Positions 8,773 to 18,914 of a stretch of 36,108 nt of DNA are shown in pieces. The notes below the pieces were generated by a model that was given only the letters and a program-made list of their open reading frames with translations, was not told where the DNA came from and made no database searches. The position numbers were made by a program, and so were the translations under genes. This stretch comes from a virus (lineage: Duplodnaviria > Caudoviricetes): the IMG/VR virus record IMGVR_UViG_3300023283_000215, positions 1 through 36,108 of that record. One strand, 5' to 3'. The first letter of the stretch is position 1. Every line of letters starts with the position of its first letter.

Positions 8773-9774
8773 ATGTACCGAAAATTCCGTATTTTACGAG
8801 ATCCGGAGGATCAATCCCAGACAGGAGGCGGAACTCCTCCGGCAGAAACGTCCCAGCAGCCTCAACAGCCTCAACAGCCTCAACAGCCGGAGGAAGGGCA
8901 ACGGAGACCGAAGGTAGATCTGAACCAGCGGTTCAACTTGGAACGAAATGGTGAACAGGTTTATCCGACCCTCGCCGAGTTGGCCGACTCTTTCCGCAAT
9001 TCGCCTCCCAAGGAGGAACTCGAGCAATTCCGTTTGTACCAGAAGGCGATGAAAGGGGACAACGAAGCAGCCCAGCAGTACTTGAATTCTCTTGGTGTAA
9101 CTCCTGAACAGGCACAGACGCCACAACAGGTGCAGCCGGGTGATTCTGATGAAATCAAGGCTCTCAAGGATCAGATCAACCAACTCCAGCAGGTTGTTTC
9201 ACAGCAACAGCCTGTATTCGAGCAGCAGACGGCTCAGATGGAGCTTCAGGCTCTTTCCCAGCATCCGAAGTTTAAGGAGAGCAAGTTCATTCAGAAACAT
9301 GTCCAGGGTCTCCAATTGGCTCACCAGAATCTGAAGAAGATTCAGCAACTGGCTTCAAGCAAGGGTATTGACTTGAACAAGAATCCGGATCTTCTCCAAC
9401 AGGCCGTGGAGCGTTCGTTCAAGGAAGCCGACAGTCACATCGAGCAGTTTTTGAACATCTTCGGTTCGGGTAAGTCGGAAGCTCCGGTTCAGATGCCTTC
9501 CGTGTCCAATGATCAGAACAATCAGAGTCCCCAAATGCAGAATCCGTTCGGGTCGGGCAACTGGATTCCGCCCCGTCAGATGGTGGATCTGCAACCCCAG
9601 CAACCTCAACAGGTACAGAATCAGCAGATCAGTCCCCAGCCGGTGGTTGCTCCTATCGGGGGTGGAACCACAGGACAGCCCCAGATGGATCCCCGGACCC
9701 AGCGGTTTGATTCCGGTCAGTTGAGGCAGATGATCGGCGCTCGAAAATCCCAGATTTCAGGAAGGGGGAACTAG
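8773..9774 (+). CDS. Capsid scaffolding protein (Gln/Pro-rich)
   Basis: Lies between portal and MCP. N-terminus FRILRDPEDQSQTGGG, coiled coil, low-complexity Q/P regions. Confidence 0.72.
   Translation: MYRKFRILRDPEDQSQTGGGTPPAETSQQPQQPQQPQQPEEGQRRPKVDLNQRFNLERNGEQVYPTLAELADSFRNSPPKEELEQFRLYQKAMKGDNEAAQQYLNSLGVTPEQAQTPQQVQPGDSDEIKALKDQINQLQQVVSQQQPVFEQQTAQMELQALSQHPKFKESKFIQKHVQGLQLAHQNLKKIQQLASSKGIDLNKNPDLLQQAVERSFKEADSHIEQFLNIFGSGKSEAPVQMPSVSNDQNNQSPQMQNPFGSGNWIPPRQMVDLQPQQPQQVQNQQISPQPVVAPIGGGTTGQPQMDPRTQRFDSGQLRQMIGARKSQISGRGN
8857..8888 (+). repeat. 9-bp tandem repeat (CAGCCTCAA)x3.5 encoding QPQ
   Basis: Read directly; in frame within the scaffold gene. Confidence 0.9.
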
Positions 9775-10143
9775 ATGTCGGCAAATATCGAAGAGGCTCT
9801 TTACAGCCCGGTCATTGATTCCCTTCCGGCGAATCTCAAGAACTTTGAACCGGAGGATTTTCATCCCTGTTCGGGTTCGGTCCTGGTGGTGATTCCCCCG
9901 CCGGAGGATCGAGTAGGAAGTATCCACCTTCCCGAAATTGCTCAGACGCCCTCCCAGGCGGCGAAGGTTGCAGCGGTTCCGGAGGACGATAAATGTCCGG
10001 TTCGGCCCGGGGATTGGGTGTTTTTCCGCCATTCAGCCGCTGTAACCCTGGAGTTGGGCGGCCGGAAGGATCTTGGATTGCTGAACTATAGCGACGGACC
10101 TTCTTCGGAGATTATCGGCTTTATCCGGGGGTCCGATCTTTGA
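9775..10143 (+). CDS. groES: GroES/Cpn10-like co-chaperonin
   Basis: FHPCSGSVLVV (cf. PLxDRVLV), mobile-loop-like GSIHLPE, AKVAAV, VRPGDWVFF, terminal EIIGFI. Confidence 0.82.
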   Translation: MSANIEEALYSPVIDSLPANLKNFEPEDFHPCSGSVLVVIPPPEDRVGSIHLPEIAQTPSQAAKVAAVPEDDKCPVRPGDWVFFRHSAAVTLELGGRKDLGLLNYSDGPSSEIIGFIRGSDL

Positions 10144-10145
10144 AC

Positions 10146-10174
10146 TTGAACTTGTCATATTTTTTCCGTAGTAT
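10146..10174 (+). promoter_or_regulatory. Putative sigma70-type promoter for the major capsid gene
   Basis: TTGAAC (10146-10151), 17-nt spacer, TAGTAT (10169-10174) in an AT-rich gap; AGGAG SD at 10265-10269. Confidence 0.55.
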
Positions 10175-10277
10175 TTCAGTAGCGTCTTGTAACGGCTGAA
10201 ACTTTTCCCACCAGTCTTGTCACTTTTGTTTGGCCTTGTAGCCCACCGAAGAGGAACGTTTATCAGGAGCTACAATT

Positions 10278-11753
10278 ATGGCCAATGCTTGGGATCAATT
10301 CGAGATCCTTCTTCAGGAGTTCATGGCGCCTTCCGCCGTGAATTTGGAATTCGAGGATGATGATCCGGGCTGGTCTTTGATGGGCCTGGCCGAACCGGTA
10401 ACCAATGCCGGAAGACGCCGGGATGAGGGTACTTCCACGCTGAATCCGGAAGGTTTGGAAGCCCGATACACTGTCAAGGTTCAGTCCGGGGGTCGGGTAG
10501 CCGGGGGAACCTTCGCGGGCAACAACGTGGTCCAGATGGGCAAGGACGACCATCTTTACATGGGCCAGTCGGCTTCCGCGAAGTATCTTGATCCGGTAAA
10601 AACACCGGCTTCTTCCCATGTGGACGTTGTTATGGAACTCATGCGGATGCGGGGTTCCGTGACTATCAATCACCAGCAGATCGAAGCCGATCTTGCTGCC
10701 CGGACCGTGGATGATGTTGGATTGGAGGTATTGGAGGACTCCACTCGGAGGCTTCGAAGTTACATCCTCAACCAGTGGTACGGGGATGGAACCGCTTCGG
10801 TTGCCACGGTCAATGGAGCAGCTACGGTTTCGGAAACCACGCCTGACGAGATTACGCTTGACCAGTCGGGTACGTTTGCCCGGTTCATGATGGGTGATCT
10901 TGTCGTGGCTGGTTCCAATGCCGATCCTTTCGTGCAAAGAACCGGGGCTATTTCCGGATTGATGCGCGTCGTGGACGTTGATACATACAACCGGAAGATC
11001 AAGCTCGAATCGGAGCCGGGAGAGGGGAATATTTCCCTTTCGGATGGGGACCATCTGATTCTGGCGGATACCTACGATTTCTCCGGGGCATCCCATAGTA
11101 CCAATGCCTTGACCGCTGAAGGTTTCGAGTCCCTTATCGATAACACGGGCGTATTTCCGGGAACCACTTCCACGAGATTCGGTTCGGGTTTGAACAGGGA
11201 CGATCATTCATACCTCAAGGGTGTGGTGGTTGACCATCGTTCTTCGGGTTCTCCGACTAAGGAACCCACGATGTCGGTGATTGCGGAGATCCTGGACAAC
11301 ATACTCAATGGCGGAATCATGCCTCCTACGGCTTTGATTGCGGAGCGTTCCATTTGGACGCTCCATTCTATCCTGGAACGTGAGTCCCATTCGATGGTGA
11401 CCGTTCCCATGGGTCAGATTTTCGCCGGTGCCGGGGGTGTCGCGGGTCCGGTTCTCCAGCATATGGAGCACAGGTTCCAGAGGTTTTCCTCGGTCCGCAT
11501 GCGTCCCAACTCGGTTTTCGGTTATGCCCCGGATACATGGGCCAAGTTCATCCCCCTCGGAGACCGGACTGTCCGTTGGGTTCTAGGAAACGGACCCTTG
11601 GCGGGTGCCGGTTCTATCTTTGGTGCTGTCTATTCTGGAACGCAGTTGACGGAACTGGCTGATGCCCCGTTCAACAGCTACGTCCAGTTTGGCTGCAAGG
11701 ATCCTCGACGCAATTTCCGTGTATTGGGAATCAAGGCCCAGCGGGACATTTAA
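10278..11753 (+). CDS. Major capsid protein (HK97 fold, with insertion domain)
   Basis: 491 aa after the scaffold, strong SD. Spine-helix-like LEVLEDSTRRLRSYILNQWYGDG; C-terminal YVQFGCKDPRRNFRVLGI. Confidence 0.82.
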   Translation: MANAWDQFEILLQEFMAPSAVNLEFEDDDPGWSLMGLAEPVTNAGRRRDEGTSTLNPEGLEARYTVKVQSGGRVAGGTFAGNNVVQMGKDDHLYMGQSASAKYLDPVKTPASSHVDVVMELMRMRGSVTINHQQIEADLAARTVDDVGLEVLEDSTRRLRSYILNQWYGDGTASVATVNGAATVSETTPDEITLDQSGTFARFMMGDLVVAGSNADPFVQRTGAISGLMRVVDVDTYNRKIKLESEPGEGNISLSDGDHLILADTYDFSGASHSTNALTAEGFESLIDNTGVFPGTTSTRFGSGLNRDDHSYLKGVVVDHRSSGSPTKEPTMSVIAEILDNILNGGIMPPTALIAERSIWTLHSILERESHSMVTVPMGQIFAGAGGVAGPVLQHMEHRFQRFSSVRMRPNSVFGYAPDTWAKFIPLGDRTVRWVLGNGPLAGAGSIFGAVYSGTQLTELADAPFNSYVQFGCKDPRRNFRVLGIKAQRDI

Positions 11754-11765
11754 AGGAGGCTTAAA

Positions 11766-12173
11766 ATGGCCGGTGGTGATGCCAATGACCTACGGGCTCC
11801 ATGGCCCAAGGGTGAGCAGGGATGGTTGCTCCTCCAACTTGGTCCTTTTGATATTCAAAACAATGATTCCGCTGAATCCCGTTTTGAAATGACGGTACCT
11901 TTCGGGTTCAAACCCAAGAAGGCGTACCATACGTCCCGGATAGTGACTTCTACCCCCGTTGTAACTATCCAGGACGATTCGGGTACTCCCAAGAAGATTG
12001 TCGATTCTGCGGCTCTTGCCGCTGTCGCGGATGAGGCAACAACCGAGGAGGAACTTACCGTTGGTAGTGTGGAAATTAACGCCGGTGCGAAAATTTCGGT
12101 TCTTTCCACGGCCGGCGCTTCCGAGGACACGACCCAATCCATGATCAACCTGTGGGTCGAACCTGTGAACTGA
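11766..12173 (+). CDS. Probable capsid decoration / minor virion protein
   Basis: AGGAGG SD directly after the MCP gene; beta-rich, 135 aa. Confidence 0.55.
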   Translation: MAGGDANDLRAPWPKGEQGWLLLQLGPFDIQNNDSAESRFEMTVPFGFKPKKAYHTSRIVTSTPVVTIQDDSGTPKKIVDSAALAAVADEATTEEELTVGSVEINAGAKISVLSTAGASEDTTQSMINLWVEPVN

Positions 12174-12186
12174 GCGAGGAGGTAAC

Positions 12187-12810
12187 ATGTCCTTTGTAGA
12201 CTCGAAACTCAAACTCGTTCGGGCCAGCAGGTTCTACCCGGTGGGTGTGGACTGGTCATCTTTGAAACTCGTCGAGGCCGCGCCCAACACGATCGAGTCG
12301 GCCATTGCGTCGGCGGGTCAGACGGCCCTGGAAGAGTTTTCCACTGCCGGTCTTATGGGATTGAAAATGACAACGGCCACGGACCTGGCCGCTGCTTTGT
12401 TCGAACTTCCGGACGATTACGCTATCGAACATAAAGGGTACCTCTCGGTCATCTGGACGTCCAAAGCGGCAGCCGTGGGTGCCCGGGACATTACCTGGGA
12501 AGTCCAGATCGGTGGTATAACACCGGGGGTCAACGTTGCCGGCACGGCGAGCGTTACTCTGTCACTCGGTGCCCAGGCTCCCACGGGAACTTCAACAACG
12601 ATTGAAGAGACCGTCCAGAAGGAAATACCGGCCAATACGTTCGTTGCTGCCGATCGTTTAATCAACTGGACTGTCCAGTTGAAAGCTTTCGATGCTACCT
12701 TTACCGAGGACAAGTTCCTTCTGGGTTTGTTTCTGGAGTACACGCGCAGGGCGACAAGGCATCCGCTCCAGCAGGAGGCCAACGCTTTCGACAGGGAGCT
12801 TCAGTTTTAA
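12187..12810 (+). CDS. Probable virion structural protein
   Basis: GAGGAGG SD; Ala/Thr-rich, beta-sandwich-like, 207 aa. Confidence 0.55.
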   Translation: MSFVDSKLKLVRASRFYPVGVDWSSLKLVEAAPNTIESAIASAGQTALEEFSTAGLMGLKMTTATDLAAALFELPDDYAIEHKGYLSVIWTSKAAAVGARDITWEVQIGGITPGVNVAGTASVTLSLGAQAPTGTSTTIEETVQKEIPANTFVAADRLINWTVQLKAFDATFTEDKFLLGLFLEYTRRATRHPLQQEANAFDRELQF

Positions 12811-13331
12811 TGCTGTCTTCGAATCCCAAGGTTCCGTTTTTGAAAGAGAATCTTTCCTGGAATCGGATGGGGCCTCATGTGCCCCTCTGGTTCCGGGAAA
12901 GGCTCAAGAGGATCGATCCGGACATTGTGATTCAATTTATTCCTCCAAGATCGTCGAAGAATCCCCGAGGGTGCAATCCCCAGTCCCATCCGGAAGGGGT
13001 GTGGGACGTATGCAAGCGTATCGGGGGTTCATCCTGGCTTCATCCCCGGGCAGTTTTTTCCCTGGTTGATATGTATGGCCGATTCGCTGTTCCTACCGAA
13101 CGTACCGTTTCTTTGATTCGTCAATGTTGGTATGCCCACAGGAACAATTGTTTGGATCGTATCGAACGGATCATGGAGGATTCCCTCCGGCAATTTAACT
13201 CTGCCCGGGTAGTGAATTCCAGGGAACACATGAGGCAAGCTCTCTCCAGGTTTGCTTCCCTGGCTTTCGGGCGCCAGTGGCAAAACAGAGTCAGTCTCAA
13301 CAGGGATCTTCCTAAGGTGGAATCGAAATGA
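12810..13331 (+). CDS. Hypothetical basic protein
   Basis: TAATG coupling; 173 aa. Confidence 0.65.
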   Translation: MLSSNPKVPFLKENLSWNRMGPHVPLWFRERLKRIDPDIVIQFIPPRSSKNPRGCNPQSHPEGVWDVCKRIGGSSWLHPRAVFSLVDMYGRFAVPTERTVSLIRQCWYAHRNNCLDRIERIMEDSLRQFNSARVVNSREHMRQALSRFASLAFGRQWQNRVSLNRDLPKVESK

Positions 13332-13438
13332 GCGATCTTTTTCCGCGGGGTTCGGGTTTGTCGGTGCTTGCAGCGGGATTTTTCTACTTCGGCCTCCCGT
13401 GTGCTCTTATCGCCTTTTTGGTTCGGGGGTGTCTGTGA
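13328..13438 (+). CDS. 36-aa single-TM micropeptide (absent from ORF track)
   Basis: ATGA overlap, AAGGTGG SD, MSDLFPRGSGLSVLAAGFFYFGLPCALIAFLVRGCL. It exactly fills the gap to the next gene. Confidence 0.55.
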   Translation: MSDLFPRGSGLSVLAAGFFYFGLPCALIAFLVRGCL

Positions 13439-14356
13439 TTGATGAAACCTTTCCTTCAGCGCTATTACGAAGGCATTCGTAAACATATCGGTGATCCCGT
13501 GCATGCGGGCAGGATCACCGAAGAGTCGATGTATGAAGAACTGACTTCCATCGATGCGGATATCTTCGAAAAGATGCTGATGATGACGGGTCAGCATTCC
13601 CGTGTGGGTTGGGCGGAAACTCTGGTAACCGTCAAAGATGGCGTGAAGTTCTATCCGCTGCCTTTGGGCTTTCGCCGTTTCATTTCATTCAAAAGGTTCG
13701 ATGACGAGGGCCGGGAGATTCAATCCCTGGAATCTCAACCGGAGTATTCTTCTCAATACGGCGTGGAGATTCTCTCTTCCGAAAGAGGGTTCAAACTCGA
13801 CCCGGCTCCTACTCTCGAATCGGACCAGGAATGGACTTTGGAGTATCTTCGGGGTCCGGGACTGACGCATTACGCGACGGCTTCGGGTTACGGGGAGTAT
13901 TCCATTGTTTCCGGTGTTCCTCCAGAATCACCTTTCGGCGGGGAGTTGGTTCTGGTTCCCGATTATTATGCGGGGATGGTTCTTAGGGTCTATTCCGCTG
14001 ATTCAGGTGCTCCTCAGGTTCGTGTCATTTCCGGTTCCGCCGTGAATAGCGGACAGGTGACTTTTGTTCTCCGGGATCGGTTGAATCCCCTTTCGGGTGT
14101 TGTTTCCTACGAAATTCTTCCCTGTCTGCCCGATCCTTTGTTTAAGGTTCACATATTCGATGGGGCAATTCAGTTTCTAGGTGACCGGCAGAGAACCCAG
14201 AAGATGGAGGATCTTATCAGACTCAGGAGCAAAGCCTGGGATACGGCTAGGGGTCATGTCATGTCGAATGCCATGGACCGGCCTTCAACCCGGCCTCGCA
14301 AGATTCGCCCATTGGACCGGATGCCGACGGGGGAAACTATCGTTAACAGATACTAG
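13439..14356 (+). CDS. Head-to-tail adaptor (tail tubular protein A-like)
   Basis: Adaptor-like layout: N-terminal helix, VKDGVKFYPLPLGFRRF, LDPAP..WTLEY, LPDPLFKVHIFDGA and a C-terminal helix. Confidence 0.62.
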   Translation: MMKPFLQRYYEGIRKHIGDPVHAGRITEESMYEELTSIDADIFEKMLMMTGQHSRVGWAETLVTVKDGVKFYPLPLGFRRFISFKRFDDEGREIQSLESQPEYSSQYGVEILSSERGFKLDPAPTLESDQEWTLEYLRGPGLTHYATASGYGEYSIVSGVPPESPFGGELVLVPDYYAGMVLRVYSADSGAPQVRVISGSAVNSGQVTFVLRDRLNPLSGVVSYEILPCLPDPLFKVHIFDGAIQFLGDRQRTQKMEDLIRLRSKAWDTARGHVMSNAMDRPSTRPRKIRPLDRMPTGETIVNRY

Positions 14357-14365
14357 GAACACACT

Positions 14366-17300
14366 ATGCCCCGGGTACGAACGGAGGACCTGTCAGACGC
14401 TGTTCGGGATACCTATGATCAGTCCCGGATTCCCGTTCTGGACGTGGATTCTCCCCAGTGGCAGCTTCAGGAGGGACAAGCCTCTGTTGTTGTCGGGCTG
14501 GATGTCGTTCGTCGTAACAGATTCAGACCTGAACGAGGTCGCCGCGGGGTCGGTTTGTCCCTTCCCGAAGGAGAAGGTCCGGCTACTACGGCTTTTCCGG
14601 TAAACAGCGACACTCTTGTTTCCCAGCGCATTCGGGGAACTTTCGCGTCCCTGGGCGCGGACAACATGATGCACAATCAGCCCCTAGCCGACGAGGGCAG
14701 TTACACGACTGCATCCGGGGCGTTGACCAAATCCGGTGCGTTCCCGTTTTACAATATTGGAATCAACGAAACGGTTCTTGTTCGCAGCCGGGGAAATGAC
14801 GAAGGGCTTCTAAGCGGTCTGTTCCCGGTTATTTCCAGGACCAACGATAATACGATTGTCATTCCGGCGAATCTGACGTCCTCCGATCTTTTGGATGTGG
14901 ATTTCATTCTGACGCAGGGGGAGTATTACATCCCCAAGGACAATCATCTTATCAAGTCTCCCGCACTCTATGATCGGGAAGGCCCCTGGCCGGAATCGGT
15001 TGAGGATTCTTTTCTGGAGGTCAACTCCGATCAGCGGGCAAGAACTCCCGATAGCGATTCCCCGGATTTGGACAATGACGGCATCGAACGGTTCCGGATC
15101 GAATCCCGATTTACCTGGGGTCAGAAAAACGACTCCATAGAAGTTTCTTCGGACGTGAATCTGGAGATCTTCCGATCGGGAAAGTTCAATATCCTTCATC
15201 TGATTCCGGCTCGTCAGCGGGGTATTATTGTAGGAAACGGCCGGAAGTTCTGGCTGTTTGGAGAGGGAACCCGAAAACTGGTCCTCGATCTTGGTTCCGA
15301 TACGTTCCTGGGAACTTCTTGGGAAGCGGCTCGGATCAGCACCGATAAGTACATGCTCGTCTCTTCCGGGTTCGCGCCTCGGATTCTTCGAATCGACTCT
15401 TTGGAGGTTTCCCAGGAAACCGATGATTCTTCCCTGGCTGGTTTGATACCCCCGAGAAAACCCACGGAGGTTCTCGAAAACGCCCCGAACGACGAAAACG
15501 ACAGGACTGTCAACCCTTCATGGGTCATGGATGCCATTGGTTCTGGAGGGAGTCTGACCGCCGGCAACATCAACGTGTTGGTTCGTTTGGTCAATTACGA
15601 TGAGAATCTCTTTTCCGACATGGTTTCGGTGGTTGCCGGAACGATTACAGCCGGGAACAGGGACGTTTTGGTCACCGAAGGGGAATTCGATCAAACGGTT
15701 GGGGACAATGACAGTATTCGGGTTACCGCCAACTACAACAACTCCGATCGGGGCTCTTCAGACGGTGTCGGTTGGCATCCTCCCATTCATACCCGAGCTT
15801 CCCATCTGGAAATTTGGAGAACAATTTCCGGTGGTGGTGGGTTCCTGTTGGAGCATGTTGTGGAAATCGCGTCCAGGACGTTCAACGAAGTATCCGATTT
15901 TGAGGAGACCAATGAATACTGGGGATACCTTTTAAGACCCGATCCGGGCAAAAGTGCTTCCGGGGACAATATCCCGCTGCGGGTTTCCGATACGGACCTT
16001 CAGAGTTTCCAGGTTCTTTCCGACCAGGAACGGCGGGGTAATGGGCTTCCTCCGATATGCAAGGATGTTGTGTCCATGCAGGGCGTGACCATCCTTGCAG
16101 GCCGTGGGAAGGACTCTCCCGAACAGCCGGTTATCCATGCTCCAAATATACAGTATTTGGAAAATGCTTTCTTTCGTTCTTCGAGCAAACTTCTGTCTCT
16201 TTCCCTGGTCTCACCAGTTAACAATTGGGAGTTCGTGGATGGGGATCGGATCGTTGTCGAACATTTCGACAAAGCCACAACTACTTCCGCCCCGAGTTCT
16301 GTGGAGGGTCGGACGATACCCCCGGGAACTTACGACGTGGCTTCCGTGGATTCAGGGGACATTTTTCTTAAGGAGGATCCCGCTGGACTTGAAAGTACGG
16401 ATATAACGGCTACCGGATTGTGTCGTCTGTTCGCTGAACGGCCTTATACGATCGAATATCCGAGGATCCGGTCTGATGAGGATATCTGGTATTCCAGAAC
16501 CGACACTTTTGCCCCGGAATCTTTTCCTTTTCGGGTTCTTACGGTTTCCCGGATTGGGGACAAGTTCCGCCGGTTGGTCATCATGGGTCGGTACACGGCT
16601 GTAATTATGGATCAGGGGGTTCATCTGCTGCGGTTTGTCGGAGGGGATCTTGTTCAGGATACTCTTGGAGAAACCGGGTTCGGGACACCTTGGGGTGATT
16701 CGGTGGTTCGGGTTCAGAATCTTATTCTCTGGGCTTCCGTGGATGGTATCCGAGCCCTGCAAGTGACCAACGAACCAAACACGGAGGGTTCCCGGGGGCG
16801 AATCCGTCTTTTCGATGAAGGAAGATTCTCTTCCTTTTTCCAGGACGCTCTTGATAACAACGAATCGGTGGATGCTGGATTTGATTCCTCGAATTCCTGT
16901 ATCCGGTTCCGGAGGAAGAAAGCGGATCATGTATATTCCGTTCTCCAGTTCAGTTTCCGTTCCAACCAATGGACCATTCTGGAAAACGATAACGGATTCA
17001 AATACGTTTCCTCCTCCTTCGTGGAATCCGATATTCGTAAAACCCCGGCCCTCTATTCCGTAGACCCGGAAACCGGAGCCTTGTTCGAAGTGAATTCTTC
17101 CGGGGAGGATACTTACAACGGTCTGGATCTTTCGGGCTCCGTGGATTCGAATGATCGGATTTCCGGTGTGTTCTCTTCCGGTCTTGTCGGAGAGATTATA
17201 CGGATCCGGACTGACGGGGAGGAATACTTCCGGACGATCCTTACGGCTTCCACTTCGAAAATAACCTTTTCTTCGGTACCCGTGAATGAGTCCAGTGAGT

Positions 17301-17674
17301 TTACCATTGCTCCGATTCCGTTCAAAACCCGTCTTGCTTTCAATTCGGGAAGATCCCGCTCTTCTTCCAAGACACTGGAAGGTATTCGTCTTAGGGCCAG
17401 AAAAGGGGAAAGGACCGAAAATCCGGGCAGTATAACCCTCAAGGCGTACGTAGACTTCGATGTATCTGAATCCGTGGATTCGGATTCCGTACCCGTGTAC
17501 AATCCGGGGGATCCGGGAAGGACCGATGATGATGCAATAAGCAGTCTCCAGGCACAGGGTTATTCCATTGCTGTCGAGTTGTCAGCGGATGACGCCAGAA
17601 GCGATTTCGACATAGAGTTGTTCGAGGTAACTCTCGAAGAAGAAACGTCCCGGGTCATAGACACCGAGAAATAA
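14366..17674 (+). CDS. Tail nozzle / DNA stabilization protein (tail tubular B / P22 gp10-like)
   Basis: 1102 aa, beta-rich. Nozzle-like DIWYSRTDTFAPESFP, GETGFGTPWGDSVV, LWASVDGI. Follows the adaptor. Confidence 0.7.
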   Translation: MPRVRTEDLSDAVRDTYDQSRIPVLDVDSPQWQLQEGQASVVVGLDVVRRNRFRPERGRRGVGLSLPEGEGPATTAFPVNSDTLVSQRIRGTFASLGADNMMHNQPLADEGSYTTASGALTKSGAFPFYNIGINETVLVRSRGNDEGLLSGLFPVISRTNDNTIVIPANLTSSDLLDVDFILTQGEYYIPKDNHLIKSPALYDREGPWPESVEDSFLEVNSDQRARTPDSDSPDLDNDGIERFRIESRFTWGQKNDSIEVSSDVNLEIFRSGKFNILHLIPARQRGIIVGNGRKFWLFGEGTRKLVLDLGSDTFLGTSWEAARISTDKYMLVSSGFAPRILRIDSLEVSQETDDSSLAGLIPPRKPTEVLENAPNDENDRTVNPSWVMDAIGSGGSLTAGNINVLVRLVNYDENLFSDMVSVVAGTITAGNRDVLVTEGEFDQTVGDNDSIRVTANYNNSDRGSSDGVGWHPPIHTRASHLEIWRTISGGGGFLLEHVVEIASRTFNEVSDFEETNEYWGYLLRPDPGKSASGDNIPLRVSDTDLQSFQVLSDQERRGNGLPPICKDVVSMQGVTILAGRGKDSPEQPVIHAPNIQYLENAFFRSSSKLLSLSLVSPVNNWEFVDGDRIVVEHFDKATTTSAPSSVEGRTIPPGTYDVASVDSGDIFLKEDPAGLESTDITATGLCRLFAERPYTIEYPRIRSDEDIWYSRTDTFAPESFPFRVLTVSRIGDKFRRLVIMGRYTAVIMDQGVHLLRFVGGDLVQDTLGETGFGTPWGDSVVRVQNLILWASVDGIRALQVTNEPNTEGSRGRIRLFDEGRFSSFFQDALDNNESVDAGFDSSNSCIRFRRKKADHVYSVLQFSFRSNQWTILENDNGFKYVSSSFVESDIRKTPALYSVDPETGALFEVNSSGEDTYNGLDLSGSVDSNDRISGVFSSGLVGEIIRIRTDGEEYFRTILTASTSKITFSSVPVNESSEFTIAPIPFKTRLAFNSGRSRSSSKTLEGIRLRARKGERTENPGSITLKAYVDFDVSESVDSDSVPVYNPGDPGRTDDDAISSLQAQGYSIAVELSADDARSDFDIELFEVTLEEETSRVIDTEK

Positions 17675-17675
17675 C

Positions 17676-18902
17676 ATGGAACAAAGCTTATTTCCAGATC
17701 TTTTGGGCGTGGCGGACGCCGTAATTGGTTTTTTAAATCTTCTTGGAACTCTTTTCACAGGTAGTGTGGCGGCGGCCCGGAATGCCCGGGCCGAGCAAAG
17801 GCTCGATGAGTTTACGGATCAGTTCCAGGATCAGTTTTCCGATGTCCAGACGGGCGCCCTTCAGGATCTCGAGGAAGCTATTCTAGGAGGTGACTTATTC
17901 GACGTTGGCCAGACTCAATTGGATACGTTCCTGGAAAATCGTCCTTCGGATGAGGAGATTCTTTTCTCGGAAGGTTTTACCGGGTTCGACGAATTTGGTA
18001 CGGCGCTTGAGGAAGCCCAGAATCTCAGTACGGAATCCGCCCAGGCCCTTCCTGGAACGGTAGATGCCCGGCTGGACGAGATTTTCGGTGCGGCTGGAGC
18101 AGGTATTTCCCAATTGGCACAGCAGGGTCGAACGACCCAGGAGGAACTTCTATCCGGGGTGGATCTTCTGGACACCGATTTGTCGGATGTTCTCCAGGGG
18201 GATCTATCGAGGATTGTACAGACGTCTCAACGAAACATCGGGCGCCGACAGCGATTGGCTTCTGCGAACGTTTTGGAGCAGGCCGGATCCCTGGAGAATG
18301 CTGAGCGGCAACTGGAGGACATTGCGATACAGGGTACGGAGTCCCAACGAAACGCGGCGTTGCAGGCACAGGCCCGGAATCGGGCGAGGACGCAGGCGGC
18401 CCAGCAATTCAATGCTCAACTCCAATCCCAGGCGGCCAATCTGGCGGCCCAGATCGGGGCCAATCTTTCGGCTGCTCAGATTGGAGCAACCAAGGACTTT
18501 GCCACAACTCAGGCAGCCGAGTTCAGTGACGCGGAGCAACTTGCCAGTCAGATTCTTTCCCAGGACTTTGCAACCGCTTCCGACGCTCTTCTGGGTGAAT
18601 TGGAACTTCAGATCGATGCCTTCGGAGAGGATCGGGACACTGCCCTTAAGCTTCTGGATGCCCAAGTTCTATTGGAAGGTTTGGCGGAGCAGGACCAGAT
18701 TGATGAAACCCGGGCGATTGCCGGGTTGGTTGAAACCGAATTGGGGTTGTTGGATCGTCTCCTTGGATTCGGTGGTGTCTTGACAGGTGCAGGCGCTTTG
18801 GAAGAACTGTTCCTGGACGAACGGGATCTGGGGAACCGGTTGTTCGGTCCTTTCGAACAGCGGATTAAGAGTGAAACTGACACAGGTTTTCTCGGATTTT
18901 AG
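17676..18902 (+). CDS. Internal virion / DNA ejection protein (very acidic, A/Q/L-rich)
   Basis: Directly after the nozzle gene; helical, hydrophobic N-terminus; no Y, W, C, H or internal M. Confidence 0.62.
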   Translation: MEQSLFPDLLGVADAVIGFLNLLGTLFTGSVAAARNARAEQRLDEFTDQFQDQFSDVQTGALQDLEEAILGGDLFDVGQTQLDTFLENRPSDEEILFSEGFTGFDEFGTALEEAQNLSTESAQALPGTVDARLDEIFGAAGAGISQLAQQGRTTQEELLSGVDLLDTDLSDVLQGDLSRIVQTSQRNIGRRQRLASANVLEQAGSLENAERQLEDIAIQGTESQRNAALQAQARNRARTQAAQQFNAQLQSQAANLAAQIGANLSAAQIGATKDFATTQAAEFSDAEQLASQILSQDFATASDALLGELELQIDAFGEDRDTALKLLDAQVLLEGLAEQDQIDETRAIAGLVETELGLLDRLLGFGGVLTGAGALEELFLDERDLGNRLFGPFEQRIKSETDTGFLGF

Positions 18903-18914
18903 GAGGTGGTTACC

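Noticed and set aside
11740-11770. Programmed frameshift extending the major capsid protein (ATTTAAAG)
   Set aside because: The slippery-like heptamer is not in the required phase, and the next gene has its own strong AGGAGG SD.
18064-18783. 239-aa overlapping ORF in an alternative + frame
   Set aside because: Arg/Pro/Trp-rich shadow composition; explained by the biased codons of the main gene.
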